Shown here: positions 40,002-49,606 of the stretch, one piece after another
Numbering within the stretch: the first letter of the stretch is position 1
How the letters are laid out: each line of letters starts with the position of its first letter
Source of the DNA: an uncultured Eubacteriales bacterium
Lineage (GTDB): Bacteria; Bacillota; Clostridia; Lachnospirales; Lachnospiraceae
Assembly: GCA_900545175.1 (NCBI GenBank)
Contig: UQYF01000005.1
Coordinates: 29,890-93,889 of the forward strand
Direction: 5' to 3'
DNA length: 64,000 nucleotides
Made by a program: the position numbers and the translations under genes
Notes under the pieces: model-generated
Databases searched by the model: none
What the model was told of the DNA's origin: nothing
Seen by the model: only the letters and a program-made list of their open reading frames with translations

Positions 40002-40670
40002 ATGTCAGATGAGTTGAAGATAGACAGATTATACAATCTTGATGAGACGATTGCAGCTAAGCTGTTCGTTGGACTTGAATATCCATGGCAGGCGCTGCCG
40101 CTTATTGGTGATTTTATCAAGGAGCTTGGAAGAACGCTTGATAAGACTGAATATGATGAGGTTTCTGAGAACGTATGGATAGCAAAGAGTGCTGCGGTGG
40201 CACCTACAGCGTACATTAACGGACCTTGTATTATAGGAAAGAACTCAGAAATACGGCATTGTGCGTTTATCAGAGGGAATGCTATTGTGGGCGAGGGCGC
40301 TGTCGTTGGCAATTCAACAGAGCTTAAGAATGTTGTTCTTTTTAACAAAGTGCAGGTGCCTCATTATAACTATGTCGGTGATTCGATTCTAGGGTATAAG
40401 TCACATATGGGAGCAGGCTCGATAACATCTAATGTAAAGTCCGATAAGGCGCTTGTCAAAGTAAAATGTAATGGCGATGTCTTAGAGACAGGACTTAAAA
40501 AGTTCGGAGCAATGATAGGAGATAATGTGGAAGTCGGTTGCGGCTGTGTTCTTAATCCGGGAACGGTTATAGGCCGCAGAAGCAATATTTACCCGCTGTC
40601 ATCGGTTAGAGGCTATGTCGCAGAGAACAGCATATACAAAAAACAGGGTGAAGTGGTTGAAAAACGATAA
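40002..40670 (+). CDS. Left-handed beta-helix (hexapeptide-repeat) protein, GlmU C-terminal/acyltransferase-like, function unknown
   Basis: Repeated [LIV]G-x4 hexapeptides (IIGKNSEI, IVGEGAVVGNSTEL, IGDNVEVGCGCVLNPGTVIG). Confidence 0.6.
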   Translation: MSDELKIDRLYNLDETIAAKLFVGLEYPWQALPLIGDFIKELGRTLDKTEYDEVSENVWIAKSAAVAPTAYINGPCIIGKNSEIRHCAFIRGNAIVGEGAVVGNSTELKNVVLFNKVQVPHYNYVGDSILGYKSHMGAGSITSNVKSDKALVKVKCNGDVLETGLKKFGAMIGDNVEVGCGCVLNPGTVIGRRSNIYPLSSVRGYVAENSIYKKQGEVVEKR

Positions 40671-40745
40671 AAAGCATTATTATTGTCAAGAATAATTGTT
40701 GAGATATTTTATGGCATATAATACACGCTGAAATGGAGGATTAAT

Positions 40746-41615
40746 GTGAGTAAGGTTGCTATAGTTACGGACAGTAACAGCGGAATAACGCAGGCTGACG
40801 CAAAGAAGTTTGGAATATCGGTGCTGCCGATGCCGTTTTATATAAATGATAAGTTGTATTATGAAGATATTGATTTGACACAGGAACAGTTCTATAAAGC
40901 ATTAGGAGAGGATGCCAAGATATCGACCTCACAGCCGTCTCCGGGTGATGTGACAGATCTGTGGGATAAGCTTTTGAAAGAATACGATGAGGTTGTTCAT
41001 ATCCCGATGTCAAGTGGACTTAGCAGCTCATGCCAGACAGCTATTATGTTATCGGATGACTATGATGGCAAGGTTCAGGTTGTAAACAACCAGAGAATTT
41101 CGGTTACGCAAAGACAGTCTGTTTTAGATGCGATGGCGATGGCTGACAAGGGCTATAGCGCAGCGCAGATAAAGGAAAAGCTTGAGCAGACAAGATTTGA
41201 GTCGAGCATATATATAACTCTCCAAACACTGTATTATCTGAAGAAGGGCGGAAGAATAACACCGGCAGCTGCTGCACTGGGAACTCTTTTAAAGCTTAAG
41301 CCTGTGCTTCAGATTCAGGGTGAGAAGCTGGATGCATTTTCAAAATGCCGCACATTAAAGCAGGCTAAGCAGACTATGATTAATGCGATACAGGATGACT
41401 GCAAAAAGCGCTTTGGAAGCTCTGAGAAGGGCGAGAATATGTATATTGAGATAGCATATTCGGGAGAGCCTGATGAAGGAAAGCTTTTTTATGATGAAGT
41501 AAAAGAGCTTTATCCGGAGCATGATATAGTCATGAACCCGCTTTCACTCAGCGTATCCTGTCATATAGGACCGGGTGCTGTTGCACTTGCATGCGTTAAG
41601 AAGCTTGATATATAG
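40746..41615 (+). CDS. DegV-family fatty-acid-binding protein
   Basis: N-terminal VAIVTDSNSGITQ typical of DegV; GTG start with GGAGGA RBS. Confidence 0.85.
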   Translation: MSKVAIVTDSNSGITQADAKKFGISVLPMPFYINDKLYYEDIDLTQEQFYKALGEDAKISTSQPSPGDVTDLWDKLLKEYDEVVHIPMSSGLSSSCQTAIMLSDDYDGKVQVVNNQRISVTQRQSVLDAMAMADKGYSAAQIKEKLEQTRFESSIYITLQTLYYLKKGGRITPAAAALGTLLKLKPVLQIQGEKLDAFSKCRTLKQAKQTMINAIQDDCKKRFGSSEKGENMYIEIAYSGEPDEGKLFYDEVKELYPEHDIVMNPLSLSVSCHIGPGAVALACVKKLDI

Positions 41616-41722
41616 CCTGTGATATACAGTATATGAAGTTAGATGTACAGGAGCTGATTAAAAGATTATCTATACACAAAAAGAGAGCTGTTTTTACAAG
41701 CCTCTCAGAATAGAGGATAAAT

Positions 41723-43027
41723 ATGGAAAATATTGTATCTAAACTGATAATGTACGGAGATATGCCTGCTGATTCAATACTTATGAAGCTGTGTGAAGTT
41801 TCAAAGAAGGCAAAGGACGCAGATGTACCTAAGGATGAGCTTGTCATAGAGGCATATAGACAGGTAAAGAGACTGCTTGTGCTGGCAACTTCGTATGGTT
41901 TTGACAATAATCTATGGCACAACTATCTTACATTTCTTCTCATAACGGATGAGAATCCTTTCAGCATCACATGTGAGAAGGTCGGTGCTAAGGATGGCAG
42001 TGCCAATTATTTTGCAAAGAATGATTTCAAAGCATTCTATGATTTGTTTCACTATGATTTTTCGTGGCTTGAAGAAAGACTTGGCATAGACAGCTTTGGC
42101 ATCTTAGAGAATTACAAGGCAATAGGGAAGCCGGAGCTGATGTATAACAAGAATGTGAGCGAGAAAGTAAGGAATCTGTCTCTTAAGCTTGGAGAAGCTA
42201 AGGATGTCGATGATATTTTTGACCTTGTCACAGGCTTTTATAAGGCTTACGGTGTTGGAATGTTCGGACTCAATAAGGCATTCCGCTTTTCCTCCGACCA
42301 GGATGGAAAAATTAATTTTCAGCCTATCAATAATATGGAGAAGGTTATGTTAAATGACCTTGTAGGATATGAGATTCAGAAGAAAAAGCTTGTGGATAAT
42401 ACGAGAGCCTTTGTTGAAGGGAAGAAAGCGAACAATGTTCTTCTATTCGGCGACAGCGGAACCGGTAAATCAACAAGCATCAAGGCTATAGTGAATGAAT
42501 TCTATGACCAGGGTCTTAGAATGATAGAGATTTATAAGCATCAGTTCAAGGATTTATCGAATGTCATCGCATCAATTAAGAACAGAAATTATAAATTTAT
42601 CATTTACATGGATGACTTATCTTTTGAAGAATTTGAGATAGAATATAAGTTCTTAAAGGCAGTGATTGAGGGCGGAGTCGAGACAAAGCCGGATAATATT
42701 CTCATATATGCTACATCAAACAGACGTCATCTCATAAAAGAGACCTGGAATGACAGGGATGATGTTCAAAATGACAATGGAATGCATCGCTCGGATACGA
42801 TGCAGGAGAAATTGTCTCTTGTGAACAGATTCGGTGTCACAATCAACTATTCCAAGCCAAGCCAGAAGGAATATTTCAATATAGTTATTGAGCTTGCGAG
42901 GAAAAACGGAGTCAACATGACGGACGAGCAGCTATGTGCCGAAGCTAATAAGTGGGAACTAAGCCATGGCGGAATCTCAGGACGAACAGCGCAGCAGTTC
43001 ATAAATTATTGTCTTGGTCAGCAGTGA
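41723..43027 (+). CDS. AAA+/P-loop ATPase of the DUF815 family
   Basis: Walker A LLFGDSGTGKST, Walker B IIYMDDLSF; ~430 aa. Confidence 0.6.
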   Translation: MENIVSKLIMYGDMPADSILMKLCEVSKKAKDADVPKDELVIEAYRQVKRLLVLATSYGFDNNLWHNYLTFLLITDENPFSITCEKVGAKDGSANYFAKNDFKAFYDLFHYDFSWLEERLGIDSFGILENYKAIGKPELMYNKNVSEKVRNLSLKLGEAKDVDDIFDLVTGFYKAYGVGMFGLNKAFRFSSDQDGKINFQPINNMEKVMLNDLVGYEIQKKKLVDNTRAFVEGKKANNVLLFGDSGTGKSTSIKAIVNEFYDQGLRMIEIYKHQFKDLSNVIASIKNRNYKFIIYMDDLSFEEFEIEYKFLKAVIEGGVETKPDNILIYATSNRRHLIKETWNDRDDVQNDNGMHRSDTMQEKLSLVNRFGVTINYSKPSQKEYFNIVIELARKNGVNMTDEQLCAEANKWELSHGGISGRTAQQFINYCLGQQ

Positions 43028-43060
43028 AGAGCAACATTTTAGCAGGGATGGAGAAATTCT

Positions 43061-44146
43061 ATGATTAAGGGAGTAGATATATCTACCTTACTTGAACTTG
43101 AAAAACTTAAAACAAAATATTATGACAATGGAGCTGAAAGAAAGCTTGAAGAAATCTTAGCTTCACATGGAGTCAACAGTGTGAGACTGAGGTTGTGGAA
43201 CAGTCCCTTCGACATTGATGGAGTGGCATACGGCGGCGGAAGTGACGACCTTGTGACTGTCATTGAGACTGCCAGAAGATGTAAGGCTGCCGGAATGAGC
43301 TTCTTGCTTGATTTTCATTATAGTGATTTCTGGGCTGACACAGGCAGGCAGATTAAGCCTAAGGCATGGAGAAGCTATAAGCTTGACAAGCTTTGTGAAG
43401 CAGTGAAAAGATATACAGTGTCAGTGCTTGAGTATCTTGCGGCAGCAGGTGTTTCACCGGATATGGTTCAGCCGGGCAATGAGATATCGAACGGAATTCT
43501 CTGGCCGGAAGGAAGATTCCCTGAGTACGAAGCGGCTTGCAGGCTTTTAGAGGCAGCTATATCGGGAATACGCTACGGTGCACCAAAAGCAAAGGTTGTG
43601 CTTCATACTGCGGCAGAGCCGGAACACGAAGTATATACGGCATTTCTTGACGAGTATGGCAAAAAACTTGATTACGACATTATAGGAATTTCATATTTTC
43701 CTTATAAAAAATCATACGGTCTTGGCACTTTGAAAGAGAATATTGACAGGCTTTCCGAAAAATACGGCAAAGAAGTATGTGTTGTGGAGACTGCAATGCC
43801 TTATACAGTGCAGGATTATGCCATTAAAGAAAAGCTGAGAGCCAACGCAAGAAAAGGCATGGCATCGAAGAATACAGCAATTCTTCAAAATCTCAATTAT
43901 GACATAAGCCCCGAAGGGCAGCTTAAGTATATGCAGGAATTCGTTGTAATGGTGCAAAAATGCGCTTCATGCATAGGATTTTACTATTGGGAGCCTGCGT
44001 GGATTCCGGTTGTCGGTTCAGGATGGGCAACGAGCGCCTCTATTCAATATCTCGGAGTGAAGGAGCCATGCGGGAATGAGTGGGCTAATCAGGCTCTATT
44101 TGATTATGAAGGAAATGCGCTTCCTGCGTTAAAGGCATTTGAATAA
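43061..44146 (+). CDS. Arabinogalactan endo-beta-1,4-galactanase (GH53), apparently cytoplasmic
   Basis: GVDISTLLELE N-terminus and the PGNEI catalytic-acid region typical of GH53; no signal peptide. Confidence 0.75.
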   Translation: MIKGVDISTLLELEKLKTKYYDNGAERKLEEILASHGVNSVRLRLWNSPFDIDGVAYGGGSDDLVTVIETARRCKAAGMSFLLDFHYSDFWADTGRQIKPKAWRSYKLDKLCEAVKRYTVSVLEYLAAAGVSPDMVQPGNEISNGILWPEGRFPEYEAACRLLEAAISGIRYGAPKAKVVLHTAAEPEHEVYTAFLDEYGKKLDYDIIGISYFPYKKSYGLGTLKENIDRLSEKYGKEVCVVETAMPYTVQDYAIKEKLRANARKGMASKNTAILQNLNYDISPEGQLKYMQEFVVMVQKCASCIGFYYWEPAWIPVVGSGWATSASIQYLGVKEPCGNEWANQALFDYEGNALPALKAFE

Positions 44147-44339
44147 GTGGATTTAATAGACAATAATAAATAAGTTATTTTAAAAGGAATGAATAACATG
44201 ATAAATTGAGTTGCTTCTCAAATAGCATGTTATCCATTCCTTTTTTTAGAGAGTTATGCAGATAATTGTGAAGCTATATAAAGAGCAAATTGACAAAAAC
44301 ACATAACAATTCGGAAAAAAGCAGCGCAGTTATCTGGTT

Positions 44340-45344
44340 TTAATTATTGTCAGCCGGAGCCTTTCCTACAGATTCACGCAACACAACTGTTGAGTGGAGA
44401 AGCATTGTGCTCACAGGAAGTCCCGACATTAAATCTTTTAGAAGAGCAAATGCTGATTTGCCAAGAGCAAACCGCTCCTGCCTTATGGTGGTTAAAGGAG
44501 GTGCAAGATATTTTGCTACGGGAAGGTCATCAAAGCCTGTTACACTGACATCCTCCGGAACGCGGAGTCCGAGCTTGTGAAGTTCATTTATTGTTCTTGC
44601 CGCAATCAGGTCGCTTGCACACATGATTGCTGTGGCACCTTTATCTGTGAAAGACTTGACAAAATCGGACACTGTCTCGTCAGGGTAGTAGACAGTATGT
44701 CCGATGAGCTGCATATCAAGGTCAAGCTCAGCTTCGTTCATTGCCTGTATGAAGCCCTGATATCTGAGTGCGGATATGTAGCTGTTCTTTGAACCGTTTA
44801 GAAAGGCTATCTTTTTGTGACCGTTTTCTTTAAGGTAATGTATGAGTGTCGAAAAACCGACATGAATATCCGTTCCCACATATGCAATATGCTCATTGGA
44901 AATATAGTTGTCGAAGAGAACAGTAGGGATTGTAGTCTTTTCAAGCTGCTTCATATATGCCTCATTGAGCTCAAGCCCAAGGAAAAAGGCACCTGAATAG
45001 CCGTTCTGTTTCATAAGGCTGTCGTAGGTCTGCCATGTCTGGAAATACTGGTCTATGGGAACAATATCCACCTCAAACTGAGCCTCACTTGCAACGAGGC
45101 GGAAGCCTGCTATAAGCTCATAACCGAACTGGTTGATATTCGCATATTCCATATTCTCTACTATAATACATACCTTCTGCCTTGAAGCCGGCTTCTTCTC
45201 CTTGATAACATAGCCCATCTCAATTGCGGTATCTAAGACCTGCTGACGCATCTCCTCACTGATATCGCTGGCACCATGCAGTCCCTTAGAGACTGTACTT
45301 ATAGAAATGCCGAGTCTTTCGGCGATGTCCTTTATAGTTACCAT
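44340..45344 (-). CDS. LacI-family transcriptional regulator
   Basis: N-terminal HTH (VTIKDIAERLGISISTVSKGL) plus a periplasmic-binding-fold domain; RBS AAGAGGA. Confidence 0.85.
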   Translation of the reverse strand: MVTIKDIAERLGISISTVSKGLHGASDISEEMRQQVLDTAIEMGYVIKEKKPASRQKVCIIVENMEYANINQFGYELIAGFRLVASEAQFEVDIVPIDQYFQTWQTYDSLMKQNGYSGAFFLGLELNEAYMKQLEKTTIPTVLFDNYISNEHIAYVGTDIHVGFSTLIHYLKENGHKKIAFLNGSKNSYISALRYQGFIQAMNEAELDLDMQLIGHTVYYPDETVSDFVKSFTDKGATAIMCASDLIAARTINELHKLGLRVPEDVSVTGFDDLPVAKYLAPPLTTIRQERFALGKSAFALLKDLMSGLPVSTMLLHSTVVLRESVGKAPADNN

Positions 45345-45377
45345 ATATCCTCTTTTCTTCGAACTGTTTTTACACAA

Positions 45378-45387
45378 GTTTTCGAAA
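45378..45387. promoter_or_regulatory. Perfect palindrome TTTTCGAAAA, candidate LacI-family operator (autoregulatory position)
   Basis: Central-CG palindrome 34 bp upstream of the regulator start. Confidence 0.35.
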
Positions 45388-45509
45388 ATACATAATTGAA
45401 ATTATACGAAAATGATAGCACATTTTTACGCTAATGTAAATAACAATATCAAAATACCCAAAACAAACAATAAAAGCACGAAAAAATATGCAAAATGCAC
45501 AAAAGGCTA

Positions 45510-45538
45510 TTGACTTTTGCAGAACAGGAGAGTATTAT
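45510..45538 (+). promoter_or_regulatory. sigma-A type promoter TTGACT-N17-TATTAT for the sugar ABC operon
   Basis: Read directly. Confidence 0.55.
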
Positions 45539-45549
45539 CAGTACATAAG

Positions 45550-45559
45550 CTTTCGAAAG
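45550..45559. promoter_or_regulatory. Perfect palindrome CTTTCGAAAG (plus adjacent GTTTCGTAAC), candidate LacI-family operator just downstream of the -10
   Basis: Central-CG palindrome positioned at +10 to +25 relative to the predicted promoter. Confidence 0.4.
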
Positions 45560-45630
45560 TTTCGTAACAGCTGTTTTAGAAGAGGAGCTTACGGAGTTCG
45601 GGAGAAAAAAAGAAAGAGAGGACATTTATT

Positions 45631-46989
45631 ATGAGAAAGTTCAAAAAGGCTTTATCGGTCGCACTTGTAACGGCGATGGCATTTACATCACTTACAGCGT
45701 GCAGCAAGAGCAACAATGCAGGTAATGGTGACACGACAGCAACTACAGCAACTACAGCAGCACCAACATCTTCATCAGCAGCATCAACAGATGGTGAGAC
45801 AGAGACAACCAAGACTGCCGCATCGGACAGACCGACACTTGCAGATTATGGCTCAGGCACAATTAAGATCTGGGTTGCAGATAAGGTTGTTGATTTCACA
45901 CAGGCAAGATGTGATGAATTCTTCAAGGCTAACCCTGATATGGCAGGCTACACAGTAGAGATTCAGGCAACAGGTGAGGGCGATGCAGCCGGCAATATGG
46001 TAACAGATGTTCAGGCAGGAGCTGATATCTTCGGCTTCGCACAGGATCAGTTAGCACGTCTTGTTGCAGCAGGTGCACTCATGCCGCTTACAGGATATTA
46101 TGAGAACTTCGTTTCAACTAACAATGATGCAGGTGCCGTAGGTGCTTCTAAGGTTGGTAACACGGTATATGCTTTCCCTATCACATCCGATAACGGATAT
46201 TTCTTATATTATGATAAGAGCGTGGTTACAGATCCTACAAGCCTTGACGCGATCGTAGCTGACTGCGAGAAGGCAGGCAAGAACATCTACATGGAGATTA
46301 ACTCCGGCTGGTATCAGACAGCATTCTTCTTCGCTACAGGCTGTAAGCTTGAGTATACAACCGATGAATCAGGTGCATTCGTAGGCTCTGATGTTACATA
46401 CGCAAGCAAGGAAGGCGTTGCAGCATTTAAGGCTATGATTAACCTTGCTAAGTCTCCTTCATTCCAGAATGGTTCATCAGTTGATAAGGCAACTAACCTT
46501 GCAGCTATCGTAGATGGTGTATGGGATGCAGATGCAGCTAAGGCAGTATTCGGTGACAATTATGCATGTGCTAAGCTGCCAAGCTTCACAGTTGATGGAC
46601 AGAGCTATCAGATGAGCGGCTTCGGCGGATTTAAGCTTATCGGTGTTAAGCCTCAGACAGAGCAGGGCAAGCAGCTTGTATGTCTCGCACTCGCTGAGTA
46701 CTTATCTAACGAAGAGACACAGCTTGCACGTTTCAATGAGGCTGCATGGGGACCATCTAACCTCGTAGCACAGCAGAGTGATGCAGTTAAGGCAGATGCA
46801 GCTTTATCAGCACTCGCAGAGCAGCTTGCTTACACAATTCCACAGGGTCAGTATCCTGGAGATTACTGGACAGACGCTACATCACTTGGTGATGATGTAA
46901 TTGCAGACAAGTATGACAATATGAGCGATGATGAACTTATGAAGGTCCTTGAGGACTTCCAGGCTCGTCAGCAGTCCTATGCCCAGTAA
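45631..46989 (+). CDS. Oligosaccharide ABC transporter substrate-binding lipoprotein (MalE/CycB family) with a Thr/Ala/Ser-rich linker
   Basis: Lipobox LTAC; T/A/S-rich tether; family-1 SBP. Confidence 0.8.
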   Translation: MRKFKKALSVALVTAMAFTSLTACSKSNNAGNGDTTATTATTAAPTSSSAASTDGETETTKTAASDRPTLADYGSGTIKIWVADKVVDFTQARCDEFFKANPDMAGYTVEIQATGEGDAAGNMVTDVQAGADIFGFAQDQLARLVAAGALMPLTGYYENFVSTNNDAGAVGASKVGNTVYAFPITSDNGYFLYYDKSVVTDPTSLDAIVADCEKAGKNIYMEINSGWYQTAFFFATGCKLEYTTDESGAFVGSDVTYASKEGVAAFKAMINLAKSPSFQNGSSVDKATNLAAIVDGVWDADAAKAVFGDNYACAKLPSFTVDGQSYQMSGFGGFKLIGVKPQTEQGKQLVCLALAEYLSNEETQLARFNEAAWGPSNLVAQQSDAVKADAALSALAEQLAYTIPQGQYPGDYWTDATSLGDDVIADKYDNMSDDELMKVLEDFQARQQSYAQ

Positions 46990-47015
46990 ATAATTCAAAT
47001 GAATTTAATCTGAAG

Positions 47016-47046
47016 CCGGGGGGAATTAATTCCCCCCGCACTTTTA
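47016..47046 (+). terminator. Strong intrinsic terminator after the SBP gene
   Basis: Near-perfect palindrome GCCGGGGGGAATTAATTCCCCCCGC followed by ACTTTT. Confidence 0.75.
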
Positions 47047-47185
47047 ATAAGAGAGGTCATTTGTGCAGAGGAGGCAGCACGGATGGGATGATTGTAACAG
47101 TGCTTTTATGACAGGCACATGAGTGCCGTCCGCTCTGCGTGAATGACCGCAGTAATAAACCAGAATTGAGGAGGTAATTGCAGAC

Positions 47186-48565
47186 ATGGCTGATCAAAAA
47201 AAGAAAGGAAAGGTCTCCGGAGCAGTTAAGGCGGTTGGAGCTGATATAAAGGATATTGGAACCACCTTTGCAAAGGGCGACTGGAAAACCAGAGTTTCCT
47301 TTTTGATTATGGGCTTTGGTCAACTTACCAGAAAGCAGTGGGTAAGAGGAATAGCATTTTTGGGTTCGGAGGTTCTTTTTATCCTGTATATGGTGTTCTT
47401 CGGGGCAGGGTATCTTAAGGACATAGGAACACTCGGAACAAAGGTCGGAGGATATGATGCTAACTATGTGTATACATACGGAGATAACAGCTTCCTTATC
47501 TTGTTATATAGTATTCTGAGCATATTTATTATCCTGGCATTCGTCTTTGTGTGGAGACTCAACATAAGGGATAACAAGGATAACCAGAATAAGCTTATCC
47601 TTCCTTCGAACAAGGACGATATTGCAACACTTTTTGATGAGCATTTCGACAAGACACTCCTCGCTCTGCCGGTGCTTGGTGTGTTCATGTTTGTGCTTCT
47701 TCCTATTATTTTTATGATTTGTATAGCATTCACTAACTACGATGCTACACATCAGTCACCGACTAATCTATTCACATGGGTTGGACTTACGAACTTTAAG
47801 AATCTGTTCTCTATCGGAACCGGCGGTTTTGGAAAGACCTTCGGAACGGTTCTTTCATGGACACTTATATGGGCATTTTTTGCAACCTTTTTGAACTATT
47901 TCCTCGGCATGGCGGTTGCCATCCTCATCAACAAGAAGGGCATTAAGTTCAAGAAGCTGTGGAGAACAATCCTTGTTATGACGATTGCCATTCCGCAGTT
48001 CATCTCCCTTCTCTATGTGGGAAAGATGTTCGCAAATGACGGACTTGTGAATATGTATCTCCTGAAGTGGGGGTGGATAAGCCAGCCTATTCCGTTCTGG
48101 ACGAATCCTACACTTGCCAAGATTACAATTCTTCTGGTTAACCTCTGGGTGGGTATTCCTTATGTAATGCTCATCACGACAGGACTTCTTATGAATATAC
48201 CTGAGGAGCTTTACGAGAGTGCCAAGATTGACGGTGCCAATGCGTTCCAGACCTTCAGGAAGATTACACTTCCGTATATGCTTTTCGTGACAGGACCTTA
48301 TCTGCTCACATCGTTTACGGGCAACTTAAATAACTTCAACATTATTTTCCTGCTCAATCAGGGAAAGCCGCAGTCACTTTCACTTTCGGGCGGTGCAGGT
48401 TACACCGATCTGCTTGTAACGTGGCTCTATAAGATGACTGTCGAAGATACTAACTACAAGATGGCGGCTGTTATCGGTATCATGGTATTCGTGGTAACCG
48501 CTGTTGTATCATTGGTGGTATATAATATGCTTCCATCAGTTAAGGACGAGGAGGGATTCCAATAA
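47186..48565 (+). CDS. Sugar ABC transporter permease (MalF/GanP-like)
   Basis: Multi-TM with EAA motif region (ESAKIDGANAFQTFRKITLP). Confidence 0.85.
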   Translation: MADQKKKGKVSGAVKAVGADIKDIGTTFAKGDWKTRVSFLIMGFGQLTRKQWVRGIAFLGSEVLFILYMVFFGAGYLKDIGTLGTKVGGYDANYVYTYGDNSFLILLYSILSIFIILAFVFVWRLNIRDNKDNQNKLILPSNKDDIATLFDEHFDKTLLALPVLGVFMFVLLPIIFMICIAFTNYDATHQSPTNLFTWVGLTNFKNLFSIGTGGFGKTFGTVLSWTLIWAFFATFLNYFLGMAVAILINKKGIKFKKLWRTILVMTIAIPQFISLLYVGKMFANDGLVNMYLLKWGWISQPIPFWTNPTLAKITILLVNLWVGIPYVMLITTGLLMNIPEELYESAKIDGANAFQTFRKITLPYMLFVTGPYLLTSFTGNLNNFNIIFLLNQGKPQSLSLSGGAGYTDLLVTWLYKMTVEDTNYKMAAVIGIMVFVVTAVVSLVVYNMLPSVKDEEGFQ

Positions 48566-49434
48566 TGGCTAAACAACATAATATGCGTACGCGCAAGAAA
48601 GTAAGCAATACAATTGTTTATATAGTATTGGTCCTTATAAGTATAATATGGCTGTTCCCGTTTTTATGTCTGGTGCTCCAGAGCTTCCGTTCATACATTA
48701 CGGAGCTTGGCGGAATGGTTGATTACCTCTTTCCGAAGAAGTTCTCACTGGACTCCTATAAGTTCTTGTTCAGCGGTGAGACTAAATTCTTAAAGTGGTA
48801 TGGAAATACACTTATAATTGCTCTTTTTGTATCAATAGGTCAGACAGCATTCGTTCTCTGTGTGAGCTACGCGCTCTCAAGAATGCGATTTAAGGGCAGA
48901 GAGTTACTCATGAGATTCTGGTTAATCCTTGGAATGTTCCCGGGCTTCCTCACCATGATATGTCTCTACTTCCTGTTAAAGCAGTTCGGTCTTACACAGG
49001 CAGGAGCTGTTCCGGGACTCATCCTTATCTCGGTTGCAAGCTCCGGAATGGGTTACTATGTATGCAAGGGCTACTTTGACACGATTCCTAAGTCTCTCGA
49101 CGAGGCGGCAAGAATTGACGGTGCGACAAGAGCACAGATATTTGTGAAGATGATTATTCCGCTTTCCAAGCCGATGATTATCTACACAGCACTCACAGCA
49201 TTCATGGCTCCATGGTGCGATTATGTATTTGCTTCCTATGTTGCATTCGGTAATGACAGCGGCTACAATGTTGCGGTTGCCATGCAGCGCTGGGTATGGA
49301 CAAATGATTTCCAGGGATATTTCACAAGATTCTGTGCAGGCGGTGTGCTTGTAGCGATTCCTGTAACGGTATTGTTCCTGTGCTTACAGAAGTATTATGT
49401 AGAAGGTGTAACCGGAGGAGCTGTAAAGGGTTAA
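48565..49434 (+). CDS. Sugar ABC transporter permease (MalG/GanQ-like)
   Basis: EAA motif (DEAARIDGATRAQIF); start overlaps the upstream stop. Confidence 0.85.
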   Translation: MAKQHNMRTRKKVSNTIVYIVLVLISIIWLFPFLCLVLQSFRSYITELGGMVDYLFPKKFSLDSYKFLFSGETKFLKWYGNTLIIALFVSIGQTAFVLCVSYALSRMRFKGRELLMRFWLILGMFPGFLTMICLYFLLKQFGLTQAGAVPGLILISVASSGMGYYVCKGYFDTIPKSLDEAARIDGATRAQIFVKMIIPLSKPMIIYTALTAFMAPWCDYVFASYVAFGNDSGYNVAVAMQRWVWTNDFQGYFTRFCAGGVLVAIPVTVLFLCLQKYYVEGVTGGAVKG

Positions 49435-49440
49435 GTTTTG

Positions 49441-49494
49441 GCTGTGGCACTAAGAAATATGATTTAATGCTTAGTGCCGCAGCTTTTTTCTTTT
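49441..49494 (+). terminator. Intrinsic terminator
   Basis: CTGTGGCACTAAG...CTTAGTGCCGCAG followed by CTTTTTTCTTTT. Confidence 0.7.
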
Positions 49495-49606
49495 GATAAA
49501 GCTCAATTGATGGCTGCAGAGAGTTATAATAAAACGGTGGTTCTGTCAAATCAGCTGAGCTGGATTTGGAATATAGGAATATTTTGAATAGAAGAAGAGG
49601 TTTGAA

